DNA of 32,000 nt. Origin: Fastidiosibacter lacustris (GTDB lineage Bacteria; Pseudomonadota; Gammaproteobacteria; Francisellales; Francisellaceae). Shown piece after piece: positions 1 to 11,634 of this stretch. Positions within the stretch are counted from its first letter, which is position 1. Each line of letters starts with the position of its first letter. The stretch covers positions 30,001-62,000 of the forward strand of contig NZ_QLIR01000011.1 in the NCBI RefSeq assembly GCF_003428155.1, written 5' to 3'. Position numbers and translations under genes: made by a program. Under the pieces are notes generated by a model, which had not been told where the DNA came from, ran no database searches, and saw nothing but the letters and a program-made list of their open reading frames with translations.

Positions 1-489
1 TGGCTTAGTGAAAAACACGTTCAAGAATTTTATTATGGAGATGGGCTTAAAAATACGCTAAACAACCTTGAGCTTTATTGTCAGGGGGTTAATGATAATG
101 GGAGTTATACTTTCAACCAGTGGGTGGCATTTTGTAATGATAAACCGTTTGGTTTTTTAATTACCACTTTCATCAATGGACCATATGATCCAAACCATAA
201 TTATGATAAGTGGTATGTAGAAGGTAAAAAAATGTTGACGTTAGATCTTCTTATTGGTGCAAAAGAATTTCTTGACCAAGGGTTAAGTTATAAAATGATC
301 AAGGCGTTTATATTAGATCAGTTTTCAGAGGTTGATTATTTCATTATTAACCCAGAAAAAGCAAATACAAAAGCAATTTATGTTTATGAAAAACCCGGGT
401 TTAAGAGCCTTGAGGAGTTTCTCCCCACTAACAACCCTAAGCCACATTTAATGATGCGCTTAGCAGTAAAGGATTTAAAAAATGGATAG
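1..489 (+). CDS. GNAT N-acetyltransferase, aminoglycoside 6'-N-acetyltransferase (AAC(6')-Ib)-like; 5' end truncated by window edge
   Basis: Frame 1 is open from base 1 (WLSEKHVQEFYYGDGLKN...) to TAG 487-489. The track ORF 124..489 is only the part after an internal GTG. The C-terminal half (LDLLIGAKEFLDQGLSYKMIKAF...INPEKANTKAIYVYEKPGF) follows the acetyl-CoA-binding core pattern I recall for AAC(6')-Ib-type GNATs (..GKGLGTKLVRAL...DPSPSNLRAIRCYEKAGF). Substrate is not proven. Confidence 0.65.
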   Translation, partial: WLSEKHVQEFYYGDGLKNTLNNLELYCQGVNDNGSYTFNQWVAFCNDKPFGFLITTFINGPYDPNHNYDKWYVEGKKMLTLDLLIGAKEFLDQGLSYKMIKAFILDQFSEVDYFIINPEKANTKAIYVYEKPGFKSLEEFLPTNNPKPHLMMRLAVKDLKNG

Positions 490-1480
490 ACCGTTGCAAC
501 AAGAAGAAATGAAAATATCGGTGAATGACAATATAAAAAAAGGTTCTGCCTTTGCACCTGCAACAAGTGCTAACTTTGCTGTAGGTTTTGATTTAATGGG
601 TTTTGCTATTTCAGGTGTGGGTGATATTGTGCATTTAACACGTAGAGATGATGATCAGCTTGTCATTAAAGATATTAAAGGTGTGCTTACGAAGAACGAT
701 CTAAGTTTAAATATAGATAAAAACGTCTGTGGCGCAGTAATTAAGAAATTTATAAACGACCATCATTTAAAAATAGGATTGGATATCACGATTGAAAAAG
801 GCATTCCCATTGGATCAGGTATCGGCGGGTCTGCGGCCTCATCTGTAGCGGCAATCCTAGCGGTGAATGAATTTTTACAAGCGCCATTACCAAAGGAGCG
901 TTTGATTGATTATGCTATTTATGGTGAGAGTTTAACCTCAGGGGGCGCTTATCATGGTGATAATGCCGTACCTGCAATGTTTGGAGGTTTAGTTTTACTA
1001 CAAAACTCACAGCCATGCAAGTTTATTCAACTGCCAACGCTTGAGCTTTATGCCGCTGTTGTGGTGCCAAAGCTTCAAATAGAAACAAAAGAAGCACGTA
1101 AACTCATTGATGTGCCTTTTAATATAAAAGATTTTGTTGCCCAAAGTGCAAAAACAGCAGCTGTTATTAGTGCGCTTTATGAGAAAAATATAAAAAGGTT
1201 GACAGAAAATTTTATTGATATTTTAGTAGAGCCAAAGCGTAAACTCCTAATTAGAGGCTATGATCAGGCTAAGGATAAAGCTTTAGCGCTAGGTGCTTTA
1301 GGATTTGGGATTTCTGGCTCGGGACCTGCTGTATTTGCTTTGGCTTGTGAGCGACAAACATCTACATACATTGCATCGGAATTACAACAAATTTTTCAAA
1401 AAGAGGGCTTGGATAGTCAAGCTTATGTAAATCCACTTAACGTAGAGGGTGCAAGAATAATAACGCGAGAGGAAAGATGA
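482..1480 (+). CDS. thrB: homoserine kinase (GHMP kinase type)
   Basis: The N-terminus GSAFAPATSANFAVGFDLMGFA and the GHMP motif PIGSGIGGSAASSVAA fit homoserine kinase. An ATGA overlap (1477-1480) joins it to thrC. ATG 482 has AAGGA about 8 nt upstream and overlaps the GNAT stop. ATG 509 (MKISVN...) is an alternative start. Confidence 0.9.
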   Translation: MDRPLQQEEMKISVNDNIKKGSAFAPATSANFAVGFDLMGFAISGVGDIVHLTRRDDDQLVIKDIKGVLTKNDLSLNIDKNVCGAVIKKFINDHHLKIGLDITIEKGIPIGSGIGGSAASSVAAILAVNEFLQAPLPKERLIDYAIYGESLTSGGAYHGDNAVPAMFGGLVLLQNSQPCKFIQLPTLELYAAVVVPKLQIETKEARKLIDVPFNIKDFVAQSAKTAAVISALYEKNIKRLTENFIDILVEPKRKLLIRGYDQAKDKALALGALGFGISGSGPAVFALACERQTSTYIASELQQIFQKEGLDSQAYVNPLNVEGARIITREER

Positions 1481-2760
1481 ATTTTATTAGTACACGAAAT
1501 AAAAACACCTTTGTCACTTTATCTGAAGCATTACAAAATGGTTTAGCATGTGATGGTGGTTTGTATGTGCCAGAGGCTTTTCCAACTTTTGATTGGCAAT
1601 CTTTAACAACAGATCTTCCTTATGCTAAATTTGCAGTTAAATTACTCGAACCTTTTTTTGCAGATGATCCGTTAAAGGATAAACTTGATCAAATCTGTAA
1701 AGAGAGTTTTAACTTTGATTTACCCTGTCTAAGACTAGATCAATATAATGCAATGTTAGAGTTGTTTCACGGACCAACACTTTCATTTAAAGATTTTGGT
1801 GCGCGATTTTTGTCAAATTGTTTAATACATATTGAAACAGACAAAAGCTTTACCATTATGGTTGCAACTTCAGGCGACACAGGATCAGCTGTTGCTTCGG
1901 CATTTTATCAAAAACCAAAGATAAAAGTGATAGTACTTTTTCCAAAAGGTAAAATATCGCTTCGTCAACAACAACAGATTACTTGTTGGCAGGATAATGT
2001 GTGTGCAGTTTCAGTAAAAGGTACATTTGATGATTGCCAGACTTTGGTTAAAGCCGCTTTTGCAGATAGTTGGTGGCAACAAAATACCTACTTAAATACC
2101 TCAAATAGTATTAATATCGGTAGGCTTTTACCTCAAACAACATATTATGCTTATGTTGCTTGGCAGTACTATTTAGAGTATGGCAAAAAAGCAAATTTTA
2201 TTGTGCCATCCGGTAATATCGGTAATGTTTGTGCATGTTTTTGGGCAAAAAAAATGGGGTTACCTATTAATGAAATTATTATAAGTCAAAATGAAAACAA
2301 TGTAATTGGGCAATTTTTGGCTCATGGAATACTACCTAATAAACATAGCATTCAAACATTTGCTAATGCGATGGACGTTGGTAAGCCAAGTAATTTTGAA
2401 CGTTTGTATGCGTTATATAATAGCGTCGAGGATTTCCGGAAAAACGTTAAAGCATTTAAGGCAACTGATCAGGATATTGTTAATATGATTAAAGCAATTG
2501 AATCAAAATACCATATGTTGATTTGTCCACATACAGCAACTGCATTTTTTGCACGCGCATATTTACCAAAAAATCAGGATTTTATCATGGTGGCAACTGC
2601 ACATCCTGCTAAGTTTGAGCAAGTTTTAGAGCCAATTATTAACAAGGAAGTTCCAGCTCCGAAAGCTTTACAAGAGCTGTTAAACCGCAAACCTCACAAC
2701 GAGGAAATTATGCCTAAACTTGAAGATTTAACTCATTTATATCAAATGTACTTTAAGTAG
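1477..2760 (+). CDS. thrC: threonine synthase
   Basis: 427 aa. It carries the PLP-lysine motif FHGPTLSFKDFGARF. Length and N-terminal region (GLACDGGLYVPE) match the E. coli-type long threonine synthase. It is translationally coupled to thrB. Confidence 0.95.
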   Translation: MNFISTRNKNTFVTLSEALQNGLACDGGLYVPEAFPTFDWQSLTTDLPYAKFAVKLLEPFFADDPLKDKLDQICKESFNFDLPCLRLDQYNAMLELFHGPTLSFKDFGARFLSNCLIHIETDKSFTIMVATSGDTGSAVASAFYQKPKIKVIVLFPKGKISLRQQQQITCWQDNVCAVSVKGTFDDCQTLVKAAFADSWWQQNTYLNTSNSINIGRLLPQTTYYAYVAWQYYLEYGKKANFIVPSGNIGNVCACFWAKKMGLPINEIIISQNENNVIGQFLAHGILPNKHSIQTFANAMDVGKPSNFERLYALYNSVEDFRKNVKAFKATDQDIVNMIKAIESKYHMLICPHTATAFFARAYLPKNQDFIMVATAHPAKFEQVLEPIINKEVPAPKALQELLNRKPHNEEIMPKLEDLTHLYQMYFK

Positions 2761-2829
2761 ATTTAAACCTCTTAATTCCTGTACACTGTTGAATATTTCC
2801 AGCGATTATTGGCTATTAAGGTGTAGAGT

Positions 2830-4302
2830 TTAAATTTCTAATTCAGGCCACAACATATCTACTTTATCGATAATATCTTGACGCATGGTGATAACTTCTC
2901 CCCATTCACGGGTTGTTTCGCCAGGTAATTTATTGGTTGCATCTAACCCCATTTTAGAACCTAAGCTTGATACTGGCGAGGCAAAATCTAAGTAGTCGAT
3001 TGGTGTGTTATCAATAAGTGTTGTGTCTCGAATCGGATCCATACGAGTCGTAATCGCCCAGATAACGTCTTGCCAAGAGCGTATATTAATATCTTCATCG
3101 ACAACAATAACAAATTTGGTATACATGAACTGACGTAAGAATGACCATACTCCCATTATTATACGTTTGGCGTGTCCTGGATACTGCTTTTTAATACTTA
3201 CTACTGCCAAGCGATAAGAGCAACCTTCTGGTGGTAGATAGAAGTCGACAATTTCAGGAAACTGTTTTTGGATAATAGGGACAAATATTTCATTAAAAGC
3301 AACACCTAAAACGGCAGGCTCATCCGGTGGGCGACCAGTATAGGTACTATGATAAATCGGATTTTTGCGATGCGTTATTTTTTCAACTGTAAAAACAGGA
3401 AAGGTTTCAACTTCATTATAATAGCCTGTGTGATCACCATATGGACCTTCTTTTGCAGTTTCATTTGGATAGATATAACCTTCCAAAATAATTTCAGCAT
3501 AGGCTGGTATCATGATGTCATCACCGTGTAGTAAAGATGGTGTGAGCTCTGTTTTACTACCGCGCAAAAGACCTGCAAAGGCATATTCAGAAAGTGTATC
3601 AGGAACTGGAGTTACAGCAGCTAAAGTTGTAGCAGGATCTGCGCCTAATGCAACACAAACGGGGAAAGGTTGATCAGGATAAGTTTTACACCATGCTTGA
3701 TAATCAAGTGCACCACCTCGATGATGAAGCCAACGCATGATAAGTTTATTTTTACCAATCACTTGTTGGCGATAGATACCTAAGTTTAAACGCTCTTTCC
3801 TTATACTATTAGTAATAGTAAGTCCCCAAGTAATAAGTGGTGCAGCATCTTTTGGCCAACAGGTTTGAATTGGCATTTGATAAAAATTAATATTATCTTG
3901 CTCAATAATTACTTCACGGCAAGGTCCATTTTTTATGACTTTAGGTGACATCTTTAATACCTGCTTGAGAATTGGCATTTTTTCCCAAGCGTCTTTTAAT
4001 CCTTTAGGTGGTTCTGGTTCCTTAAGATAGGCTAAAAGCTTACCAATTTCACGTAATTTGTTGACATCGTCTGTACCAAGAGCAAGGGCAATACGCTTTT
4101 CTGTGCCAAATAAATTTGTCAATACAGGCATGTCATAACCTTTTGGATTTTCAAATAAGAGTGCGGGACCTTTTTGGCGTAAGACGCGGGAAGAAATTTC
4201 AGTCATTTCAAGGAATGGTGAGACTTCTTTGTAAATACGTTTGAGTTCATTGCGCTCTTCAAGATAATCTAAAAAATTTCGTAAGTCTTTGTAATGAAGC
4301 AT
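2830..4302 (-). CDS. ubiD: 4-hydroxy-3-polyprenylbenzoate decarboxylase (UbiD family)
   Basis: I trimmed track ORF 2830..4410 to ATG 4300-4302 ([23 protein letters not shown]). This aligns with the N-terminus recalled for E. coli UbiD (..YNDLRDFLTLLEQQGELKRI..). The result is 490 aa versus about 497 aa in E. coli. Confidence 0.92.
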   Translation of the reverse strand: MLHYKDLRNFLDYLEERNELKRIYKEVSPFLEMTEISSRVLRQKGPALLFENPKGYDMPVLTNLFGTEKRIALALGTDDVNKLREIGKLLAYLKEPEPPKGLKDAWEKMPILKQVLKMSPKVIKNGPCREVIIEQDNINFYQMPIQTCWPKDAAPLITWGLTITNSIRKERLNLGIYRQQVIGKNKLIMRWLHHRGGALDYQAWCKTYPDQPFPVCVALGADPATTLAAVTPVPDTLSEYAFAGLLRGSKTELTPSLLHGDDIMIPAYAEIILEGYIYPNETAKEGPYGDHTGYYNEVETFPVFTVEKITHRKNPIYHSTYTGRPPDEPAVLGVAFNEIFVPIIQKQFPEIVDFYLPPEGCSYRLAVVSIKKQYPGHAKRIIMGVWSFLRQFMYTKFVIVVDEDINIRSWQDVIWAITTRMDPIRDTTLIDNTPIDYLDFASPVSSLGSKMGLDATNKLPGETTREWGEVITMRQDIIDKVDMLWPELEI

Positions 4303-4431
4303 GTTAAGCCTAAAGATATATCTATAAAGGCGTATAGTAGCGGCTTTGAATGTAAAATCAAGGGTAAGCAATAAGAGGGAATAAAAATTTGCAATTAGTG
4401 TAGATAACATAAAAATTCATCGGTAATTATG

Positions 4432-4469
4432 TACAATGACTTCATTTATCAAAGTGATGTGGTTAGAAT
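4432..4469 (+). promoter_or_regulatory. candidate fur promoter (-35 TTCATT 4441-4446, -10 TAGAAT 4464-4469, 17-nt spacer) overlapped by a Fur-box-like AT-rich element (TACAATGACTTCATTTATC)
   Basis: The hexamers and their spacing are read directly from the sequence and lie 32 nt upstream of the fur ATG. The 19-mer 4432-4450 matches 12/19 positions of the GATAATGATAATCATTATC consensus, slightly better with a 1-nt gap. This is a weak, motif-only call. Confidence 0.25.
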
Positions 4470-4501
4470 ACCCCAATTTATAGCTTAATATCGTTAAGTT
4501 T

Positions 4502-4936
4502 ATGTCATTAGGAAAAGAAGATCTTAAACAAGCAGGATTAAAGATAACGCAACAAAGGCTGAAAATATTAAGAATTTTTGAAAGTTCACAGCAGCGCCAT
4601 TTATCAGCTGATGATGTGTATAAAATTCTACAACAGAACAGTGAAGACGTTGGTATTGCTACTGTCTATCGTGTATTGGCTCAGTTTGAGTCAGCAGGAA
4701 TTTTGCAACGCCTTAACCTTGGTCGTGAACAAGCGGTTTACGAGCTAGAATCAGATGATCATCACGATCATATGATTTGCGTGAAATGTCATAAAGTAGA
4801 AGAGTTTATTGATTATGTCATTGAATCAAGACAAAATAAAGCAGTCGAAGAGCTAGGTGGTAGGCTTATTGAGCATAGTTCAGTGCTTTATATTGAATGT
4901 AAAGATTGTATAGCAGCAGATCAATCAAAAAAGTAA
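4502..4936 (+). CDS. fur: ferric uptake regulator
   Basis: 144 aa. It has the recognition helix VGIATVYRVLAQFESAGI, the metal-site block HHDHMICVKCHKVEEF and a C-terminal CKDC. These are the canonical Fur family layout. Confidence 0.93.
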   Translation: MSLGKEDLKQAGLKITQQRLKILRIFESSQQRHLSADDVYKILQQNSEDVGIATVYRVLAQFESAGILQRLNLGREQAVYELESDDHHDHMICVKCHKVEEFIDYVIESRQNKAVEELGGRLIEHSSVLYIECKDCIAADQSKK

Positions 4937-5052
4937 TAAAAAACTCATTAATGAAGTATATTTACCTAATTCAAATCATTTGCGGCTTTTATGCTAAAAG
5001 AATTGTGATGGGTTACACTTAAGCATGGTAACAGAACATACAGGGCAGAGCT

Positions 5053-5346
5053 ATGAACAAGATAGATCATGTGGCAATCGTGGTGGAAGATTTGGATACA
5101 ACGGTTCAGTGGTATTTGGCACATTTTAAGGCAAAACTTATTTATCAAGACAAGACGTGGGCAATGCTTGAGTTTGCAAATATTAAGCTTGCTTTCGTGA
5201 TATCCAATGAGCATCCAGCACATATTGCCTTTATTTCTAAGGATGCTAAACGATATGGAAAATTAAAACGTCATCGTGATGATACTTACTCATGTTATAT
5301 AAAAGATCCCTCTGGTAATGTTGTTGAGATTGTAAAATCAGAATAA
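5053..5346 (+). CDS. VOC-fold (glyoxalase/bleomycin resistance/dioxygenase family) protein
   Basis: 97 aa. The pattern IDHVAIVVEDLD...HPAHIAF...YIKDPSGNVVEIV is typical of single-module VOC proteins. No specific function can be assigned. Confidence 0.65.
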   Translation: MNKIDHVAIVVEDLDTTVQWYLAHFKAKLIYQDKTWAMLEFANIKLAFVISNEHPAHIAFISKDAKRYGKLKRHRDDTYSCYIKDPSGNVVEIVKSE

Positions 5347-5426
5347 CTTTATAGTGAGATAAAACAAAATTTGCTAGCACAAGAAGATGCTTTTTGTTAT
5401 GCTTTGCCAACATTAACAATGTTTAA

Positions 5427-7094
<1,668 letters not shown>

Positions 7095-7103
7095 GGTAAC
7101 AGG

Positions 7104-7394
7104 TTAAATAAAAACCTGATAAGCTGTAGCATACTTAATTGGATCAAAGCTGTGATAGCTATAGCTAGCAACGTTTTCGATTACAAATGGATCTTGTTTT
7201 ATGAGTTGTTTAATTTCATTTAAGTCCCCACTTGCTAAAATAACCCCTCCATTTTTGTCACTGTTTGGACCAGATGCGATAAATAGACCTGCCTCATAAC
7301 CTCGATCCAGAAATTTACGATGTTTTGGACGTATTTCATCAATAATATGGGTAGGTTGAGTGTAAGTAATTATAATAATATGAGTTTGTTTCAT
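7104..7394 (-). CDS. YciI-like protein
   Basis: 96 aa. The pattern RPKHRKFL...ASGP...GGVILA...IKQDPFVIENVASY..FDP follows the YciI family layout (R..H..L...GP...G...DP.V..GV). Confidence 0.7.
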   Translation of the reverse strand: MKQTHIIIITYTQPTHIIDEIRPKHRKFLDRGYEAGLFIASGPNSDKNGGVILASGDLNEIKQLIKQDPFVIENVASYSYHSFDPIKYATAYQVFI

Positions 7395-7640
7395 TTTGCT
7401 TGTGGGTTTATCGTCAAGGTTATATATTGTTGAGAATATACCTTAAGAAGCTGAAAAACCATGGATTTTCTCAGAATTCAATCATGCGAAAATGAATGGA
7501 TTTTATGGTAGTGTTTTTCAATAGATAGCATTACAGCGTTATCCGGTTTCTCAAGCCTATTTGTCCCTTGAGTTACCATATCGTTTAAATTGCATACATT
7601 TCTAGTTGCTAATGACTGTTAGGAATACGCTTCTAGTTTT

Positions 7641-10600
7641 TTAATTAACCCACTTGCGTGCATTCATAAACAAGCGCATCCATGGGGAGTATTCAAGGTC
7701 TTTATTGCGCCAATCAGCAGGATACCATGACATTTGGACGAGCCTAAATGCACGTTCAGGATGTGGCATCATAATCGTGACACGCCCATCTTGTGAGGTA
7801 AAACCTGTAAAACCACCTGCAGAACCATTGGGATTTAATGGATAATATTCAGTGGGATTGCTGTGGCTATCAATAAAACGTAAGGTTGTTTGTTTATTGA
7901 CTATCAACGAATTTAAATCATTTTGATGTTGATATTGAGTCCGTCCTTCTCCATGTGAGATGACGATTGGCATTTTTAAGCCTTGCATTTCTTGAAATAT
8001 AATAGAAGGTGTTTCCAATACTTCAACCATCGAAAGCCGTGCTTCAAACTGCTCAGATAGGTTTCTAACAAACCTTGGCCAATGCTCGGCACCAGGGATA
8101 ATATCTTTTAACTGCGATAGCATTTGACAGCCATTACACATCCCAACTGTGAATGTGTCGCTTCGATTAAAGAAATGTACAAACTGATCGTAGAGTTTAT
8201 TATCAAATAGAATTGACTTTGCCCAACCACCACCAGCGCCTAATACATCTCCATAAGAAAAACCACCACAAGTAGCTAAGCCTTTGAATTTATTAAGGTC
8301 AAGTCGATTGTACTGTAAATCACTCATATGGACATCAATTGCATCAAAACCACTCAAAGTGAAAGCAGCAGCCATTTCATTGTGGCTGTTTATGCCTTGT
8401 TCGCGCAAAATCGCAATTTTAGGTTTGATATTTAAATTTAAATAAGGTGCAGCAATATTTTCTTTATGGCTAAAAGGTACTTGGGCAAATAGTCCATGAT
8501 CGGTTAGACCCTTAATGAGTGTGTGTTCTTGATCGGCACATTGAGCATTGTCACGCATACGCTGAATTTGGTATGAAGTTTGTGACCACAGTGCTTGTAG
8601 TTCTGCTCTTGTAGCGCAGAAAATTTCGTCAATATCGTTGTAGATAATAAATTTCGCATCCTCAACTGAAGCATTTGGTTTACCAATTCGATGTGCTTTT
8701 AATTGGAAGCTTGTTAAAAGCTGCATAACGATATCGTGATCAATGTTGCGCGTTTGAATAACTGCACCAAGTTCTTCATTGAATAAAGCCGCATGTACAT
8801 CCTCGCCCAAAGCTTCAATATCAATATCAAGTCCACACTTAGCAGCAAACATCATTTCGCAGAGGGTCACAAATAACCCACCATCAGAACGATCGTGATA
8901 AGCAAGAATTTTATCGTCTTTAACAAGCTTATGAATAGCAGCAAAGAAGTTTTGCAAGTGTTTAGGTTCAATGTCAGGTGTTTGTTGTCCAAGTTCGTTG
9001 TAAACTTGTGCAAATGCGGAGCCACCTAAGCGATTTTTACCAATACCTAAGTCGATAAAAATTAAATCAGATTCAAAGGCTAAGCGCAATTGTGGTGTTA
9101 ATGTGCGGCGAATATCTTGTACGGGCGCAAAGGCTGTTGCAATTAATGATACAGGAGAGACCACTATTTTATCACCCTCTTCATCCTGCCACTTGGTTTG
9201 CATCGAAAGTGAATCTTTACCAACAGGAATAGTTAAGTCTAGCTGTGGACAAAATTCCATGCCGATGGTTTTAACCATCTCATATAACCTAGCATCTTCA
9301 CCTTTATGTCCACATGCTGCCATCCAATTTGCAGAAAGCTTAACGTCAGAGAGATGATAGATGTATGCTGCTGCAATGTTTGTAATTGCTTCACCAATTG
9401 TCATTCTGGCAGCGGCAGCTGGGTTCATCATCGCAAGTATGGGGCGCTCTCCCATTGCCATAGCCTCACCGTGATAATCAGTAAAACTGGCAGCTGTAAC
9501 AGCAACGTCAGCAACAGGTACCTGCCAAGGTCCCACCATTTGATCGCGCTGAGTCATGCCACCAACAGTTCTATCGCCTATAGTGATTAAGAATTTCTTA
9601 CTACCAACAGCAGGTAGGCGTAAAATGCGTTTAACTGCTTCATGCAAATTAATGCTAGAATAATCCCAGTTTGTTTTGTAATTTGGAGTTGAGCACACAT
9701 TTTTAAGAGTTTTAGGTGGTTTACCTAATAAAACAGACAGTGGCATATGGATGGGGTCAACAGCAGAAGCGCTGTCTTTTAAAATTAAGATTTGTTCTTC
9801 TATTGCTTCACCAACGATGGTATAAGGACAGCGTTCACGTTTAGCAATTTTGTCAAATAAGCTTAAATCTTTCCTTTCAATGGATAATACATATCGCTCT
9901 TGTGATTCATTGCACCATATTTCAAGTGGAGATAAGCCCTTTTCAGCAACAGTAATTTTATCTAACTCAAACACTGCACCTCGTGCGCAATCTGCAACCA
10001 ACTCAGGTAAAGCATTAGAAAGTCCACCAGCACCAACATCATGAATACTGATAATAGGATTATCTATACCCATTGACCAGCAGCTATCAATAACTTCTTG
10101 CACGCGACGTTCCATCTCAGCATTATCACGCTGCACAGAAGCAAAGTCTAATGCCTCATTCGAATGACCTGCATTAACAGAGGAGGCAGCTCCTCCCCCT
10201 AAACCAATCAGCATTCCAGGTCCTCCTAAGACAATGATTTTAGCACCAACTGGAATTTTGCGTTTTTCGATATGTTCCTCTTTGATGTTACCATAGCCGC
10301 CTGCGATCATGATTGGCTTGTGATAACCCCACACATCTCCATTAAAGGATTGCTCAAAGGTGCGAAAATAACCACATAGATTAGGGCGCCCAAATTCGTT
10401 ATTAAATGCAGCTCCACCTAATGGTGCTTCTATCATAATATCTAATGCTGAAGAAATATGTTTAGGTTTGCCGTAAGATTTTTCCCACGGTTGAATATCG
10501 TTTGGTAACAGAAGATTGGACACGGTGTAACCGGTTAAACCAGCTTTGGGTTTAGCACCACGACCTGTTGCACCTTCGTCACGTATTTCACCTCCTGCAC

Positions 10601-11528
10601 CTGTTGCTGCTCCTGGATAAGGTGCAATTGCCGTTGGGTGATTGTGAGTTTCAACTTTTATCTGAATATGGATAGGCTCTCGCTTAAAGTGATATAAACC
10701 ATTTTGATCTTTTTGCAGACGTTCAGCTGCGTACCCGGCAATTACTGCGGCATTATCATGATAAGCGGATAAAATATTTTCTTTGTGGTGATCATAAGTA
10801 TTTTTTATCATCGAAAATAAACCATTTGGTTTTGCTTGACCATCGATGATCCAATCTGCTTTAAAGATCTTATGTCGACAATGCTCAGAGTTAGCTTGAG
10901 CAAACATCATAAGCTCAACATCGGTTGGATTACGACCCAAATTTTCAAAGGCATGAGCTAAATAATTTATCTCGTCTTCCGAGAGTGCTAAACCAAGTCT
11001 ATTATTAGTGTCATTTAATGCATTTTTACCGTGTTCTAGAAGAGGGATGATTTTGAGTATCCCTTGACCATGTGTGTTAGCAAATGGATTAATAGTATTG
11101 ATGTCAAAACTAAAACTTTGCGTCATCCGATCATGTAATACAGAAGCCATTTTGTTTAAGTTTTCTTTACTTAATATAACATTGGTTTGAAGGTAATATA
11201 CAGTTCCACGTTCGACTCGTTTAAGATCAGTAAAGCCACAGTTATGGAGTATATCTGTTGCTTTGGATGACCAGGGGGAAATTGTTCCTATGCGTGGAAG
11301 GACGATCAATGAAGTCCCAGATTTATCGTTAAGCTTACCTTTATCACCATAGTCTAAAAGTGCTTCAAGTTTCTTTTGCTGTGTATCACTTAAAGTATTG
11401 GCATAATCAATAAAATGAAGATATTCAGCTTGAATATTGGTGATATTAGGTTCAATCGATTGTAATTTCTTAAGCAGTTTTTGTTGGTCAAAAGAGGATA
11501 AGGCATCGTTACCAAACATTTGTAACAT
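7641..11528 (-). CDS. purL: phosphoribosylformylglycinamidine (FGAM) synthase, single-chain large form
   Basis: 1295 aa, the same length class as E. coli PurL. It has the N-terminal ALSSF..QKLL, the central [24 protein letters not shown] block and a C-terminal glutaminase domain with GMCNGCQM. Confidence 0.97.
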   Translation of the reverse strand: MLQMFGNDALSSFDQQKLLKKLQSIEPNITNIQAEYLHFIDYANTLSDTQQKKLEALLDYGDKGKLNDKSGTSLIVLPRIGTISPWSSKATDILHNCGFTDLKRVERGTVYYLQTNVILSKENLNKMASVLHDRMTQSFSFDINTINPFANTHGQGILKIIPLLEHGKNALNDTNNRLGLALSEDEINYLAHAFENLGRNPTDVELMMFAQANSEHCRHKIFKADWIIDGQAKPNGLFSMIKNTYDHHKENILSAYHDNAAVIAGYAAERLQKDQNGLYHFKREPIHIQIKVETHNHPTAIAPYPGAATGAGGEIRDEGATGRGAKPKAGLTGYTVSNLLLPNDIQPWEKSYGKPKHISSALDIMIEAPLGGAAFNNEFGRPNLCGYFRTFEQSFNGDVWGYHKPIMIAGGYGNIKEEHIEKRKIPVGAKIIVLGGPGMLIGLGGGAASSVNAGHSNEALDFASVQRDNAEMERRVQEVIDSCWSMGIDNPIISIHDVGAGGLSNALPELVADCARGAVFELDKITVAEKGLSPLEIWCNESQERYVLSIERKDLSLFDKIAKRERCPYTIVGEAIEEQILILKDSASAVDPIHMPLSVLLGKPPKTLKNVCSTPNYKTNWDYSSINLHEAVKRILRLPAVGSKKFLITIGDRTVGGMTQRDQMVGPWQVPVADVAVTAASFTDYHGEAMAMGERPILAMMNPAAAARMTIGEAITNIAAAYIYHLSDVKLSANWMAACGHKGEDARLYEMVKTIGMEFCPQLDLTIPVGKDSLSMQTKWQDEEGDKIVVSPVSLIATAFAPVQDIRRTLTPQLRLAFESDLIFIDLGIGKNRLGGSAFAQVYNELGQQTPDIEPKHLQNFFAAIHKLVKDDKILAYHDRSDGGLFVTLCEMMFAAKCGLDIDIEALGEDVHAALFNEELGAVIQTRNIDHDIVMQLLTSFQLKAHRIGKPNASVEDAKFIIYNDIDEIFCATRAELQALWSQTSYQIQRMRDNAQCADQEHTLIKGLTDHGLFAQVPFSHKENIAAPYLNLNIKPKIAILREQGINSHNEMAAAFTLSGFDAIDVHMSDLQYNRLDLNKFKGLATCGGFSYGDVLGAGGGWAKSILFDNKLYDQFVHFFNRSDTFTVGMCNGCQMLSQLKDIIPGAEHWPRFVRNLSEQFEARLSMVEVLETPSIIFQEMQGLKMPIVISHGEGRTQYQHQNDLNSLIVNKQTTLRFIDSHSNPTEYYPLNPNGSAGGFTGFTSQDGRVTIMMPHPERAFRLVQMSWYPADWRNKDLEYSPWMRLFMNARKWVN

Positions 11529-11634
11529 CTTTGTACTCGTGGATGAAAGCTTAGCATGTCCTTATTTTGATAGATTTACCCCCAATTATAAAGTGCTAAA
11601 TGCGATTATTTTTTCTTGTGATTAGAAGCTTTTG

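Noticed and set aside
2761-2835. Imperfect long-range inverted repeat bracketing the thrC/ubiD convergent spacer: ATTTAAAC(C)TCT at 2761-2772 versus AGAGTTTAAAT at 2825-2835.
   Set aside because: The arms are about 50 nt apart, very AT-rich and bulged, and no T-tract follows. It is not a convincing bidirectional terminator and could arise by chance in AT-rich DNA.
4303-4410. N-terminal extensions offered by the ORF track: ubiD to 4410, the CBS protein to 14191, the yadG-like gene from 18998, pheS from 24051, folKP from TTG 17624, and the NuoH-like gene 'starting' at TTG 31950.
   Set aside because: The extensions add hydrophobic or odd peptides not present in homologues as I recall them. Internal ATGs align with homologue N-termini and mostly have SD-like sequences. 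For the NuoH-like gene the frame is simply open to the window edge, so 31950 is internal.
7395-7640. The 246-bp spacer between purL and the YciI-like gene. It has a 9-bp direct repeat ATGGATTTT (7461-7469 and 7496-7504), a 16-codon ORF (7461-7511), and a CTCAAG-(11 nt)-CTTGAG hairpin (about 7550-7572).
   Set aside because: The repeats are short, the mini-ORF has no SD, and the hairpin has a 6-bp stem with no T-run. There is no tRNA-like or riboswitch-like structure. It most likely holds only the purL 3' end and the YciI-like gene's promoter.
11529-11634. A purine-responsive control element (PurR box or ZTP/purine riboswitch) upstream of purL.
   Set aside because: I found no match to the ACGCAAACGTTTGCGT-type pur box and no GC-rich conserved riboswitch cores. 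The region is short and AT-rich.
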